Of a stretch of 64,000 nt of DNA, positions 1-14,849 are shown one piece after another (the first letter of the stretch is position 1; each line of letters begins with the position of its first letter). A program made the translations under genes and the position numbers. A model generated the notes under the pieces. The model saw only the letters and a program-made list of their open reading frames with translations. It ran no database searches and had not been told where the DNA came from. This stretch comes from the human T2T-CHM13v2.0 reference genome, Homo sapiens: assembly GCF_009914755.1 (NCBI RefSeq), contig NC_060933.1. One strand, 5' to 3'.

Positions 1-389
1 TGCAATGGAAACTACCCGAATGGAATGTAATGGAGTGTAAGGGAATTGAATAGAATCAATCCGAATGTAATGGAATGGAATGGAACGGAATGGAACGGAA
101 TGGAATGGAATGGAATGGAATGCAATAGAATGGAATCAACCCGAGTGCAATCAAATGGAATCGAATGGAATGGAATGCAATGGAATGGATTCAACTTGAA
201 TGGAATGGAAAGAATGGAATCAACAGGAGTGGAATGGCATGGATTGGAATGGAATGGAATGGAATCAACCCGAGTACAGGGGAATGGAATGGAATGGAAT
301 GCAATGGAATGGAATCAACCGTAATGGAATTGAAAGGAATGGAATGGAATGGAATGGAATGGAATGGAATGGAATGGAATGGAATCAAC

Positions 390-403
390 TCGATTGCAAT
401 CGA
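390..403. other. 14-bp perfect palindrome TCGATTGCAATCGA (recurrent spacer word)
   Basis: Reads identically on both strands. It recurs in the word CAACTCGATTGCAATCGAAT throughout the window outside domain B, e.g. ~1838, ~6262, ~11249, ~22827, ~33032, ~47601, ~59851. Confidence 0.9.
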
Positions 404-575
404 ATGGAATGGAATGGAATTAACCCGAATAGAATGGAATGGAATGGAATGGAACGGAACGGAATGGAATGGAATGGAATGGAATGGAATGGAACGTAAC
501 GGAATGGAATGGAATGGAATGGAATGGAATCAACGCGAGTGCAGGGGAATGGAATGGAATGGAATGCAATGGAAT

Positions 576-590
576 GGAATCTTCCGGAAT
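576..590. promoter_or_regulatory. Perfect canonical heat-shock element nGAAnnTTCnnGAAn (first of ~26 copies)
   Basis: gGAAt-cTTCc-gGAAt. Further copies start at 2968, 4501, 6453, 7776, 8925 (gTTCc), 9798, 11470, 12278, 14036, 25644, 28556, 30288, 31480 (cTTCt), 36301, 38324, 41367, 46614, 47797, 51724, 53191, 54533, 57123, 60072, 62537 and 63710. The motif match is certain; HSF1 occupancy is inferred. Confidence 0.55.
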
Positions 591-3500
591 GGAATGAAAT
601 GGAATGGAATGGAATGAAATGCAATGGATTCAACTCGATTGCAATGGAATGGAATAGAATGGAATGGAATGGAATGGAATGGAATTAATCCGAATAGAAT
701 GGAATGGAATGCAATGGAACGGAATGGAATGGAATGGAATGGAATGGAATTGTATGGAATGGAATGGAATGGTACGGAATAGAATGGAATGGAACGAATT
801 GTAATGCAATGGAATGGAATGGAATGGAATGGAATCAACGCGAGTCCAGGGGAATGTAATGTAAAGGAATGCAATGGAATGGAATCATCCGGAATGGAAT
901 GGAATGGAATGGAATGGAATCAACCCGAGTGCAATGGAATGGAGTGGAATGGAATGGAATGGAATGGAACAACCAGAATGGAATGGAATGTAATGGAGAG
1001 TAAGGGAGTTGAATAGAATCAATCCGAATGTAATGGAATGGAATGCAACGGAATGGAATGGAATGGAATGGAATGGAATGCAATGGAATTGAATCAACCC
1101 GAGTACAATGGAATGGAATGGAATGGAATGGAATGGAATGGAATGGAATGGAATGGAATGATACGGAATAGAATGGAATGGAACGAAATGGAATGGAAAG
1201 GAATGGAATGGAATGGAATGGAATGGAATGGAATGGAATCAACCCGAGTGCAGGGGAATGGAATGGAATGGAATGCAATGGAATGGAATCATCCGGAATG
1301 GAATGGAATGGAATGGAATGCAAAGCAATGGAATCAACTCGATTGCAATGGAATGGAATGGAATGGAAAGGAATTCATTGGAATCAACCCGAGTGGAATG
1401 GAACGGAAAGGACTGGAATGGAGTGGAATGGAATGGAATGGAATGGAATGGAATGGAATCAACTCGATTGGAATGGAATGGAATGGAATGGAATTAACCC
1501 GAATAGAATGGAATGGAATGGAATGGAACGGAACGGAACGGAATGGAATGGAATGGAATGGAATGGAATGGAATGGAATGGAATCAACCCGACTGCAGGG
1601 GAATGGAATGGAATGGAAGGCAATGGAATGGATTCAACTTGAATGGAATGGAAAGAATGGAATCAACACGAGTGGAATGGCATGGATTGGAATGGAATGG
1701 AATGGAATCAACCCGAGTACAGGGGAATGGAATGGAATGGAATGCAATGGAATGGAATCATCCGTAATGGAATGGAAAGGAATGGAATGGAATGGAATGG
1801 AATGGAATGGAATGGAATTGAATGGAATGGAATCAACTCGATTGCAATCGAATGGAATGGAATGGAATTAACCCGAATAGAATGGAATGGAATGGAATGG
1901 AACGGAACGGAACGGAACGGAACGGAGTGGAATGGAATGGAATGGAATTGTATGGAATGGAATGGCATGGTACGAAATAGAATGGAATGGAAAGAATTGG
2001 AATGGAATGACATCGAATGGAATGGAATGGAATGGAATGGAATCAACCCGAGTGCAATGGAATGGAGTGGAATGGAATGGAATGGAATGGAACAACCCGA
2101 ATGGAATGGAATGTAATGGAGAGTAAGGGAGATGAATAGAATCAATCCGAATGTAATGGAATGGAATGCAACGGAATGGAAAGGAATGGAATGGAATGGA
2201 ATGGAATGCAATGGAATGGAATCAACCCGAGTACAATGGAATGGAATGGAATGGAATGGAATGGAATGGAATAGAATGGAATGCCTTCAAATCGAATGGA
2301 ATGGAAAGGAATGGAATCAACACGAGTGGAATGGAATGGAATGGAATGGAATGGAATGGAATGGAATGGAATGATACGGAATAGAATGGAATGCAACGAA
2401 ATGGAATGGAATGGAATGGAATGGAATGGAATGGAATGGAATGGAATCGTTCCGAGTGGAATAGGAGGGAATGTATTCGAGTGGAATGGAAAGGAATGGA
2501 ATCAACCAGAGTGGAATGGAAGGGAATGGAATGGAATGGAAACTAATAGAATGGAATCAACCCGAGTGGAATGGAATGGAAAGGACTGGAATGGAAAGGA
2601 ATGGAATGGAATGGAATGGAATGGAATGGAATGGAATGGAATGGAATGGAATCAACGCGAGTGCAGGAGAATGGAATGGAATCGAATGGAATGGAATGGA
2701 ATGGAATGGAATAAACCCGAGTGCAGGGGAATGTAATGGAACGGAATGCAATGGAATGGAATCATCCGGAATGGAATGGAATGGAATGGAATGGAATCAA
2801 CCCGAATGGAATGGAATGTAATGGAGAGTAAGGGAGTTGAAAAGAATCAATCCGAATGCAATGGAATGGAATGGAACGGAATGGAATGGAATGGAATGGA
2901 ATGCAATGGAATGGAATCAACCCGAGTACAATGGAATGGAATGGAATGGAATGGAATGCAATGGAATGGAATCTTCCGGAATGGAATGGAATGGAATGGA
3001 ATGGAATGGAATGCAATGGATTCAACTCGATTGCAATGGAATGGAATAGAATGGAATGGAATGGAATGGAATGGAATTAAACCGAATAGAATGGAATGGA
3101 ATGGAATGGAACGGAACGGAACGGAACGGAACGGAGTGGAATGGAATGGAATGGAATTGTATGGAATGGAATGGAATGTTACGGAATAGAATGGAATGGA
3201 AAGAATTGGAATGGAATGGAATCGAATGCAATGGAGTGGAATGGAATGGAATCAACCCGAGTGCAGGGGAATGTAATGGAACGGAATGCAATGGAATGGA
3301 ATCATCCGGAATGGAATGGAATGGAATTGAATGGAATGGAATGGAATGGAATCAACCCGAGTGCAATGGAATGGAGTGGAATGGAATGGAATGGAATGGA
3401 ACAACGCGAATGGAATGGAATGTAATGGAGAGTTAGGGAGTTGAATAGAATCAATCCGAATGTAATGGAATGGAACGGAATGGAATGGAATGGAATGAAA

Positions 3501-6500
3501 TGGAATGGAATGGAATGGAATGGAATGCAATGGAATGGAATCAACCCGAGTACAATGGAACGGAATGGAATGGAATGGAATGGCATGGAATGGAATGGAA
3601 TGGAATGGAATGGAATGGAATGGAATCAACCCGAGAGCAATGGAATGGAGAGGAATGGAATGGAATGGAATGGAAACTACCCGAATGGAATGGAATGTAA
3701 TGGAGTGTCAGGGAATTGAGTAGAATCAATCCGAATGGAATGGAATGGAATGGAACGGAATGTAATGGAATGGAATGGAATGGAATGGAATCAACACGAG
3801 TGCAGGGGAATGGAATGGAAAGGAATGCAATGGAATGGAATCATCCGGAATGGAATGGAATGGAATGCAATGGAATGGAATGGAATGGAATCAACCCGAG
3901 TGCAATGGAATGGAGTGAAATGGAATGGAATGGAATGGAAACAACCAGAATGGACTGGAATATAATGGAGTGTAAGGGAATTGAATAGAATCAATCTGAA
4001 TGTAATGAAATGGAAAGGAACGGAATGGAATGGAATGGAATGGAATGGAATGGAATGCAATGGAATGGAATCAACCCGAGTGCAATCGAATGGAATCGAA
4101 TGGAATGGAATGCAATGGAATGGATTCAACTTGAATGGAATGGAAAGAATGGAATCAAAACGAGTGGAATGGCATGGATTGGAATGGAATGGAATGGAAT
4201 CAACCCGAGTACAGGGGAATGGAATGGAATGGAATGCAATGGAATGGAATCATCCGTAATGGAATGGAAAGGAATGGAATGGAATGGAATGGAATGGAAT
4301 GGAATGGAATGGAATCAACTCGACTGCAATCGAATGGAATGGAATGGAATTAACCCGAATAGAATGGAATGGAATGGAATGGAACGGAACGGAATGGAAT
4401 GGAATGGAACGGAACGGAACGGAATGGAATGGAATGGAATGGAATGGAATGGAATAAACGCGAGTGCAGGGGAATGGAATGGAATGGAATGCAATGGAAT
4501 GGAATCTTCCGGAATGGAATGGAATGGAATGGAATGGAATGAAATGCAATGGATTCAACTCGATTACAATGGAATGGAATAGAATGGAATGGAATGGAAT
4601 GGAATGGAATGGAATGGAATTAACCCGAATAGAATGGAATGGAATGGAATGGAACGGAATGGAACGGAATGGAATGGAATGGAATGGAATGGAATGGTAT
4701 GGAATGGAATGGAATGGTATGGAATGGAATGGAATGGTACGGAATAGAATGGAATGGAACGAATTGTAATGGAATGGAATTGAATGGAATGGAATGGAAT
4801 GGAATGGAATCAACGCGAGTGCAGGGGAATGTAATGGAACGGAATGCAACGGAATGGAATCATCCGGAATGGAATGGAATGGAATGGAATGGAATGGAAT
4901 CAACCCGAGTGCAATGGAATGGAGTGGAATGGAATGGAATGGAAAAGAATGGAACAACCCGAATGGAATGGAATGTAATGGAGAGTAAGGGAGTTGAATA
5001 GAATCAATCCGAATGAAATGGAATTGAATGCAACGGAATGGAATGGAATGGAATGGAATGGAATGCAATGGAATGGAATCAACCCGAGTACAATGAAACG
5101 GAATGGAATGGAATGGAATGGAATGGAATGGAATGGAATGGAATGGAATGGAATGGAATGCCTTCAAACCGAATGGAATGGAAAGGAATGGAATCAACAC
5201 GAGTGGAATGGAATGGAATTGAATGGAATGGAATGGAATGATAAGGAATAGAATGGAATGGAACGAAATGGAATGGAATGGAATGGAATGGAATGGAACG
5301 GAATGGAATCGTTCCGAGTCTAATAGGAAGGAATGTATTCGAGTGGAATGGAAAGGAATGGAATCAACCAGAGTGGAATGGAAGGGAATGGAATGGATTG
5401 GAAACTAATAGAATGGAATCAACCTGAGTGGAATGGAATGGAAAGGACTGGAATGGAAAGGAATGGAATGGAATGGAATGGAATGGAATGGAATGGAATG
5501 GAATCAACGCGAGTGCAGGGGAATGGAATGGAATCGAATGGAATAGAATGGAATGGAATGGAATCAACCCGAGTGCAGGGGAATGTAATGGAACGGAACG
5601 CAATGGAATGGAATCATCCGGAATGGAATGGAATGGAATGGAATGGAATCAACCCGAGTGCAATGGAATGGAGTGGAATGGAATGCAATGGAATGGAACA
5701 ACCCGAATGGAATGGAATGTAATGGAGAGTAAGGGAGTTGAATAGAATCAATCCGAATGTAATGTAATGGAATGGAACGGAATGGAATTGAATGGAATGG
5801 AATGGAATGCAATGGAATGGAATCAACCCGAGTGCAATGGAATGGAGAGGAATGGAATGGAATGGAATGGAAACTACCCGAATGGAATGGAATGTAATGG
5901 AGTGTAAGGGAATTGAATAGAATCAATCCGAATGTAATGAAATGGAATGGAACGGAATGGAATGGAATGGAATGGAATGGAATCGATTGGAATGCAATGG
6001 AATGGAATGAACCCGAGTGCAATCGAATGGAATCGAATGGAATGGAATGCAATGGAATGGATTCAACTTGAATGCAATGGAAAGAATGGAATCAACACGA
6101 GTGGAATGGCATGGATTGGAATGGAATGGAATGGAATCAACCCGAGTACAGGGGAATGGAATGGAATGGAATGCAATGGAATGGAATCATCCGTAATGGA
6201 ATGGAAAGGAATGGAATGGAATGGAATGGAATGGAATGGAATGGAATGGAATGGAATCAACTCGATTGCAATCGAATGGAATGGAATGGAATTAACCCGA
6301 ATAGAATGGAATGGAATGGAATGGAACGGAATGGAATGGAATGGAATGGAATGGAATGGAATGGAATGGAACGGAACGGAATGGAATGGAATGGAATGGA
6401 ATGGAATCAATGCGACTGCAGGGGAATGGAATGGAATGGAATGCAATGGAATGGAATCTTCCGGAATGGAATGGAATGGAATGGAATGGAATGGAATGAA

Positions 6501-8639
6501 ATGCAATGGATTCAAATAGATTGCAATGGAATGGAATAGAATGGAATGGAATGCAATGGAATGGAATTAATCCGAATAGAATGGAATGGAATGGAATGGA
6601 ACGGAATGGAACGGAATGGAATGGAATGGAATGGAATGGAATGGTATGGAATGGAATGGAATGGTACGGAATAGAATGGAATGGAAAGAATTGTAATGGA
6701 ATGGAATTGAATGGAATGGAATGGAATGGAATGGAATCAACGCGAGTGCAGGGGAATGTAATGGAACGGAATGCAATGGAATGGAATCATCCGGAATGGA
6801 ATGGAATGGAATGGAATGGAATGGAATGGAATCAACCCGAGTGCAATGGAATGGAGTGGAATGGAATGGAATGGAATGGAAGAATCCGAATGGAATGGAA
6901 TGTAATGGAGAGTAAGGGAGTTGAAAAGAATCAATCCGAATGTAATGGAATGGAACGGAATGGAATGGAATGGAATGGAATGGAATGGAATGGAATGGAA
7001 TGGAATGGAATCAACCCGAGTACAATGGAATGGAATGGAATGGAATGGAATGGAATGGAATGGAATGGAATGATACGGAATAGAATGGAATGGAAAGAAA
7101 TGGAATGGAATGGAATGGAATGGAATGGAATGGAATGGAATGGAATGGAGTCGTTCTGAGTGGAATAGGAGGGAATGTATTCGAGTGGAATGGAAAGGAA
7201 TGGAATCAACCAGAGTGGAAAGGAAGGGAATGGAATGGAATGGAAACTAATAGAATGGAATCAACCCGAGTGGAATCGAATGGAAAGGACTGGAATGGAA
7301 AGGAATGAAATGGAATGGAATGGAATGGAATCAACGCGAGTGCAGGGGAATGGAATGGAATCGAATGCAATGGAATGGAATGGAATGGAATCAACCCGAG
7401 TGCAGGGGAATGTAATGGAACGGAATGCAATGGAATGGAATCATCCGGAATGGAATGGAATGCAATGGAATGGAATCAACCCGAGTGCAATGGAATGGAG
7501 TGGAATGGAATGGAATGGAATGGAACAATCCGAATGGAATGGAATGTAATGGAGAGTAAGGGAGTTCAAAAGAATCAATCCGAATGTAATGCAATGGAAC
7601 GGAATGGAATGGAATGGAATGGAATGGAATGGAATGGAATGGAATGGAATGGATTGCAATGGAATGGAATCAACCCGAGTACAATGGAATTGAATGGAAT
7701 GGAATGGAATGGAATGGAATGGAATATAATCAACGCGAGTGCAGGGGAATGGAATGTAATGGAATGCAATGGAATGGAATCTTCCGGAATGGAATGGAAT
7801 GGAATGGAATCAACCTGAGTGCAATGGAATGAAGTGGAATGGAATGGAATGGAAAGAAACAACCCGAATGGAATGGAATGTAATGGAGAGTAAGGGAGTT
7901 GAATAGAATCAATCCGAATGTAATGGAATGGAATGGAACGGAATGGAATGGAATGAAATAGAATGGAATGCAATGGATTCAACTCGATTGCAATGGAATG
8001 GAATAGAATGGAATGGAATGGACTGGAATGGTATGGAATGGAATGGAATGGTACGGAATAGAATGGAATGGAAATAATTGGAATGGAATGGAATCGAATG
8101 GAATGGAATGGAATGGAATGGAATCAACCCGAGTGCAGGGGAATGTAATGGAACGGAATGTAATGGAATGGAATCATCCGGAATGGAATGGAATGGAATG
8201 GAATGGAATGGAATGGAATGGAACCAACTCGATTGTGATGGAATGGAATGGAATGGAATGGAATGGAATGGAATGGAATTAACCCGAATACAATGGAATG
8301 GAATGGAACGGAATGGAGTTGAATGGAATGGAATCAACCCGAGTGCAGGGGAATGGAATGGAATGGAATGCAATGGAATGGAATCATCCGGAATGGAAAG
8401 GAATGGAATGGAATGCAAAGCAATGGAATCAATTCGATTGCAATGGAATGGAATGGAATGGAAAGGAATACATTGGAATCAACCCGAGTGGAATGGAATG
8501 GAAAGGACTGGAATGGAGTGGAATGGAATGGAATGGAATGGAATGGAATCAACTCGATTGGAATGGAATGGAATGGAATGGAATGGAATTAACCCGAATA
8601 GAATGGAATGGAATGGAATGGAATGGAATGCAATGGAAT

Positions 8640-9570
8640 GGAATCATCCGTAATGGAATGGAAAGGAATGCAATGGAATGGAATGGAAAGGAATGGAATG
8701 GAATGGAATCAACTCGATTGCAGTCGAATGGAATGGAATGGAATTAACCCGAATAGAATGGAATGGAATGGAATGGAACGGAACGGAACGGAACGGAACG
8801 GAATGGAATGGAATGGAATGGAATGGAATGGAACGGAAAGGAATGGAATGGAATGGAATGGAATGGAATGGAATGGAATCAACGCGAGTGCAGGGGAATG
8901 GAATGGAATGGAATGCAATGGAATGGAATGTTCCGGAATGGAATGGAATGGAATGGAATGGAATGGAATGGAATCAACCCGAGTGCAATGGAATGGACTG
9001 GAATGCAATGGAATGGAATGGAACAACCCGAATGGAATGGAATGTAATGGAGAGTAAGGGAGTTGAATAGAATCAATCCGAATGTAATGGAATGGAATGG
9101 AACGGAATGGAATTGAATGGAATGGAATGGAATGCAATGGAATGGAATCAACCCGAGTGCAATGGAATGGAGAGGAATGGAATGGAATGGAATGGAAACT
9201 ACCCGAATGGAATGGAATGTAATGGAGTGTAAGGGAATTGAATAGAATCAATCCGAATGGAATGGAAAGGAATGGAACGGAATGGAATGGAATGGAATGG
9301 ACTGGAATGGAATGCAATGGAATGGAATCAACCCGAGTGCAATCGAATGGAATCGAATGGAATGGAATGCAATGGAATGGATTCAACTTGAATGGAATGG
9401 AAAGAATGGAATCAACACGAGTGGAAGGGCATGGATTGGAATGCAATGGAATGGAATCAACCCGAGTACAGGGGAATGGAATGGAATGGAATGCAATGGA
9501 ATGGAATCATCCGTAATGGAATGGAAAGGAATGGAATGGAATGGAATGGAATGGAATGGAATGGAATGGA
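8640..9570 (+). repeat. Block with a distant homologue at ~52910-53840 (offset ~44.27 kb)
   Basis: The rare GATTGCAGTCGA occurs at ~8717 and ~52982. The minus-strand 245-aa ORFs 8709..9446 and 52975..53712 have the same length and near-identical translation (offset 44266). Confidence 0.75.
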
Positions 9571-12500
9571 ATGGAATCAACAGGATTACAACAGAATGGA
9601 ATGGAATGGAATTAACCCGAATAGAATGGAATGGAATGGAATGGAACGGAACGGAACGGAACGGAATGGAATGGAATGGAATGGAATGGAATGGAAATGA
9701 ATGGAACGGAACGGAACGGAATGGAATGGAATGGAATGGAATGGAATGGAATCAACGCGAGTGCAGGGTAATGGAATGTAATGGAATGCAATGGAATGGA
9801 ATCTTCCGGAATGGAATGGAATGGAATGGAATGGAATAAACCCGAGTGCAATGGAATGGAGTGGAATGGAATGGAATGGAATGTAACAACCCGAATGAAA
9901 TGTAATGTAATGGAGAGTAAGGGAGTTGAATAGAATCAATCCGAATGTAATGGAATGGAATGGAACGGAATGGAATTGAATGGAATGGAATGGAATGCAA
10001 TGGAATGGAATCAACCCGAGTGCAATGGAATGGAGAGGAATGGAATGGAATGGACTGGAAACTACCCGAATGGAATGGAATGTAATGGAGTGTAAGGGAA
10101 TTGAATAGAATCAATCCGAATGTAATGGAAAGGAATGGAACTGAATGGAATGGAATGGAATGGAATGGAATGGAATGGAATGGAATGGAATGCAATGGAA
10201 TGGAATCAACCCGAGTGCAATCGAATGGAATCGATTGGAATGGAATGCAATGGAATGGAATCAACTCGATTGCAATCGAATGGAATGGAATGGAATTAAC
10301 CCGAATAGAATGGAATGGAATGGAATGGAAAGGAACGGAATGGAATAGAATGGAATGGAATGGAATGAAATGCAATGGATTCAACTCGATTGCAATGGAA
10401 TGGAATAGAATGGAATGGAACGGAATGGAATAGAATTAACCCGAATAGAATGGAATGGAATGTAATGGAACGGAATGGAACGGAATGGAATGGAATGGAA
10501 TGGAATGGAATGGTATGGAATGGAATGGAATGGTACGGAATAGAATGGAATGTAACGAATTGTAATGGAATGGAATTGAATGGAATGGAATGGAATCAAC
10601 GCGAGTGCAGGGGAATGTAATGGAACGGAATGCAATGGAATGGAATCATCCGGAATGGAATGGAATGGAATGGAATGGAGTGGAATGGAATCAACCCGAG
10701 TGCAATGGAATGGAGTGGAATGGAATGGAATGGAATGGAACAACCCGAATGGAATGGAATGTAATGGAGAATAAGGGAGTTGAATAGAATCATTCCGAAT
10801 GTAATGGAATGGAATGCAACGGAATGGAATGGAATGCAATGCAATGGAATGCAATCAACCCGAGTACAATGGAATGGAATGGAATGGAATGGAATGGAAT
10901 GGAATGCCTTCAAACCGAATGGAATGGAAAGGAATGGAATCAACACGAGTGGAATGGAATGGAATGGAATCGAATGGAATGGAATGGAATGATACGGAAT
11001 AGAATGGAATGGAACGAAATGGAATGGAATGGAATGGAATGGAATGGAATGGATTCAACTTGAATGGAATGGAAAGAATGGAATCAACACGAGTGAAATG
11101 GCATGGATTGGAATGGAATGGAATGGAATGAACCCGAGTACAGGGGAATGGAATGGAATGGAATGCAATGGAATGGAATCATCCGTAATGGAATGGAAAG
11201 GAATGGAATGGATTGGAATGGAATGGAATGGAATGGAATGGAATCAACTCGATTGCAATCGAATGGAATGGAATGGAATTAACCCGAATAGAATGGAATG
11301 GAATGGAATGGAACGGAATGGAACGGAATGGAATGGAATGGAATGGAATGGAATGGAACGGAAAGGAATGGAATGGAATGGAATGGAATGGAATGGAATG
11401 GAATGGTATGGAATGGAATGGAATCAACGCGAGTGCAGGGGAATGGAATGGAATGGAATGCAATGGAATGGAATCTTCCGGAATGGAATGGAATGGAATG
11501 GAATGGAATGGAATGGAATGGAATAAACCCGAGTGCAATGGAATGGAGTGGAATGGAATGGAATGGAATGGAACAGCCCGAATGGAATGGAATGTAATGG
11601 AGAGTAAGGGAGTTGAATAGAATCAATCCGAATGTAAAGGAATAGAATGGAACGGAATGGAATTGAATGGAATGGAATGGAATGCAATGGAATGGAATCA
11701 ACCCGAGTGCAATGGAATGGAGAGGAATGGAATGGAATGGAGTGGAAACTACCCGAATGGAATGGAATGTAATGGAGTGTAAGGGAATTGAATAGAATCA
11801 ATCCGAATGTAATGGAATGGAATGGAACGGAATGGAATGGAATGGAATGGAATGGAATGGAATGGAATAGAATGCAATGGAATGGAATCAACCCGAGTGC
11901 AATCGAATGGAATCGAATGGAATGGAATGCAATGGAATGGATTCAACTTGAATGGAATGGAAAGAATGGAATCAACACGAGTGGAAGGGCATGGATTGGA
12001 ATGCAATGGAATGGAGTCAACCCGAGTACAGGGGAATGGAATGGAATGGAATGGAATGGAATGGAATGGAATCAACACGATTGCAATCGAATGGAATGGA
12101 ATGGAATTAACCCGAATAGAATGGAATGGAATGGAATGGAACGGAACGGAATGGAATGGAATGGAATGCAATGGAAAGGAACGGAAGGGAATGGAATGGA
12201 ATGGAATGGAATGGAATGGAATGGAATGGAATCAACGCGAGTGCAGGGGAATGGAATGGAATGGAATGCAATGGAATGGAATCTTCCGGAATGGAATGGA
12301 ATGGAATGGAATGGAATGAAATGCAATGGATTCAACTCGATTGCAATGGAATGGAAAAGAATGGAATGGAATGGAATGGAATGGAATTAACCCGAATAGA
12401 ATGGAATGGAATGGAATGGAATGGAATGGAATGGAATGGAATGGAATGGAATGGAATGGAATGGTATGAAATGGAATGGAATGGTACGGAATAGAATGGA

Positions 12501-14849
12501 ATGGAACGAATTGTAATGGAATGGAATTGAATAGAATGGAATGGAATGGAACGGAATCAACGCGAGTGCAGGGGAATGTAATGGAACGGAATGCAATGGA
12601 ATGGAATCATCCGGAATGGAATGGAATGGAATGGAATGGAATGGAATGGAATGGAATGGAATCAACCCGAGTGCAATGGAATGGAGTGGAATGGAATGGA
12701 ATGGAATGGAACAACCCGAATGGAATGGAATGTAATGGACAGTAAGGGAGTTGAATAGAATCAATCTGAATGTAATGGAATGGAATGCAACGGAATGGAA
12801 TGGAATGGAATGGAATGGAATGCAATGGAATGGAATCAACCCGAGTACAATGGAATGGAATGGAATGGAATGGAATGGAATGAAATGGAATGGAATTGAA
12901 TGGAATGATACGGAAAAGAATGGAATGGAACGAAATGGAATGGAATGGAATGGAATGGAATGGAATGGAATGGAATGGAATCGTTCCGAGTGGAATAGGA
13001 GGGAATGTATTCGAGTGGAATGGAAAGGAATGGAATCAACCAGAGTGGAATGGAACGGAATGGAATGGAATGGAAACTAATAGAATGGAATCAACCCGAG
13101 TGGAATGGAATGGAAAGGACTGGAATGGAATGGAATGGAATGGAATCAACTCAATTGTAATGGAATGGAATGGAATGGAATGGAATTAACCTGAATACAA
13201 TGCAATGGAATGGAATGGAACGGAATGGAGAGGAATGGAATGGAATCAACCCGAGTGCAGGGGAATGGAATGGAATGGAATGCAATGGAATGGAATCATC
13301 CGGAATGGAATGGAATGGAATGGAATGGAATGCAAAGCAATGGAATCAACTCGATTGCAATGGAATGGAATGGAATGGAAAGGAATACATTGGAATCAAC
13401 CCGAGTGGAATGGAATGGAAAGGACTGGAATGGAGTGGAATGGAATGGAATGGAATGGAATGGAATCAACTCGATTGGAATGGAATGGAATGGAATTGAA
13501 TGGAATTAACCCGAATAGAATGCAATGGAATGGAATGGAACGGAACGGAATGGAATGGAATGGAATGGAATGGAATGGAATGGAAACAACCCGACTGCAG
13601 GGGAATGGAATGGAATGGAATGGAATGCAATGGAATGGATTCAACATGAATGGAATGGAAAGAATGGAATCAACACGAGTGGAATGGCATGGATTGGAAT
13701 GGAATGGAATGGAATCAACCCGAGTACAGGGGAATGGAATGGAATGGAATGCAATGGAATGGAATCATCCGTAATGTAATGGAAAGGAGTGGAATGGAAT
13801 GGAATGGAATGGAATGGAATGGAATCAACTCGTTGGCAATCGAATGGAATGGAATGGAATTAACCCGAATAGAATGGAATGGAATGGAATGGAACGGAAC
13901 GGAACGGAATGGAATGGATTGGAATGGAATGGAATGGAATGGAATGGAACGGAAAGGAATGGAATAGAATGGAATGGAATGGAATGGAATCAACGCGAAT
14001 GCAGGGGAATGGAATGGAATGGAATGCAATGGAATGGAATCTTCCGGAATGGAATGGAATGGAATGGAATGGAATGGAATGGAATAAACCCGAGTGCAAT
14101 GGAATGGAGTGGAATGGAATGGAATGGAATGGAACAACCCGAATGGAATGGAATGTCATGGAGAGTAAGGGAGTTGAATTGAATCAATCCGAATGTAATG
14201 GAATGGAATGGAACGGAATGGAATTGAATGGAATGGAATGGAATGCAATGGAATGGAATCATCCGTAATGGAATGGAAAGGAAAGGAATGGAATGGAATG
14301 GAATGGAATGGAATGGAATCAACTCGATTGCAATCGAGTGGAATGGAATGGAATTAACTGGAATAGAATGGAATGCAATGGAATGGAACGGAATGGAATG
14401 GAATGGAAGGGAATGGAATCAACACGAGTGCAGGGGAATGGAATGGAATGGAATGCAATGGAATGGAATCATCCGGAATGGAATGGAATGGAATGGAATG
14501 GAATGCAATGGAATGGAATCATCCGGAATGGAATGGAATGGAATGGAATGGAATCAACTCCATTGCAATGGAATGCAATGGAATGGAATGGAATAGAATG
14601 GAATGGAATTAACCCGAATAGAATGGAATGCAATAGAATGGAATGGAACGGAACCAAATGGAGTGGAATGGAATGGAATGGAATCGACCTGAGTGCAGGG
14701 GAATGGAATGGAACGGAATGCAATGGAATGGAATCATCCGGAATGGAATGGAATGGAATGGAATGGAATCAAACCGAGTGCAATGGAATGGAGTGAAATG
14801 GAATGGAATGGAATGGAAACAACCAGAATGGATTGGAATATAATGGAGT

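Noticed and set aside
1011-1026. GAATAGAATCAATCC as a DUX4 site
   Set aside because: It does not match the TAAYYYAATCA consensus, and DUX4 binding is characterised for HSATII rather than this word.
2461-2475. TAGGAGG followed by ATG, resembling a Shine-Dalgarno site
   Set aside because: It is part of a repeated satellite module in eukaryotic heterochromatin, ATGs occur every 5 bp, and the downstream ORF is repeat-derived.
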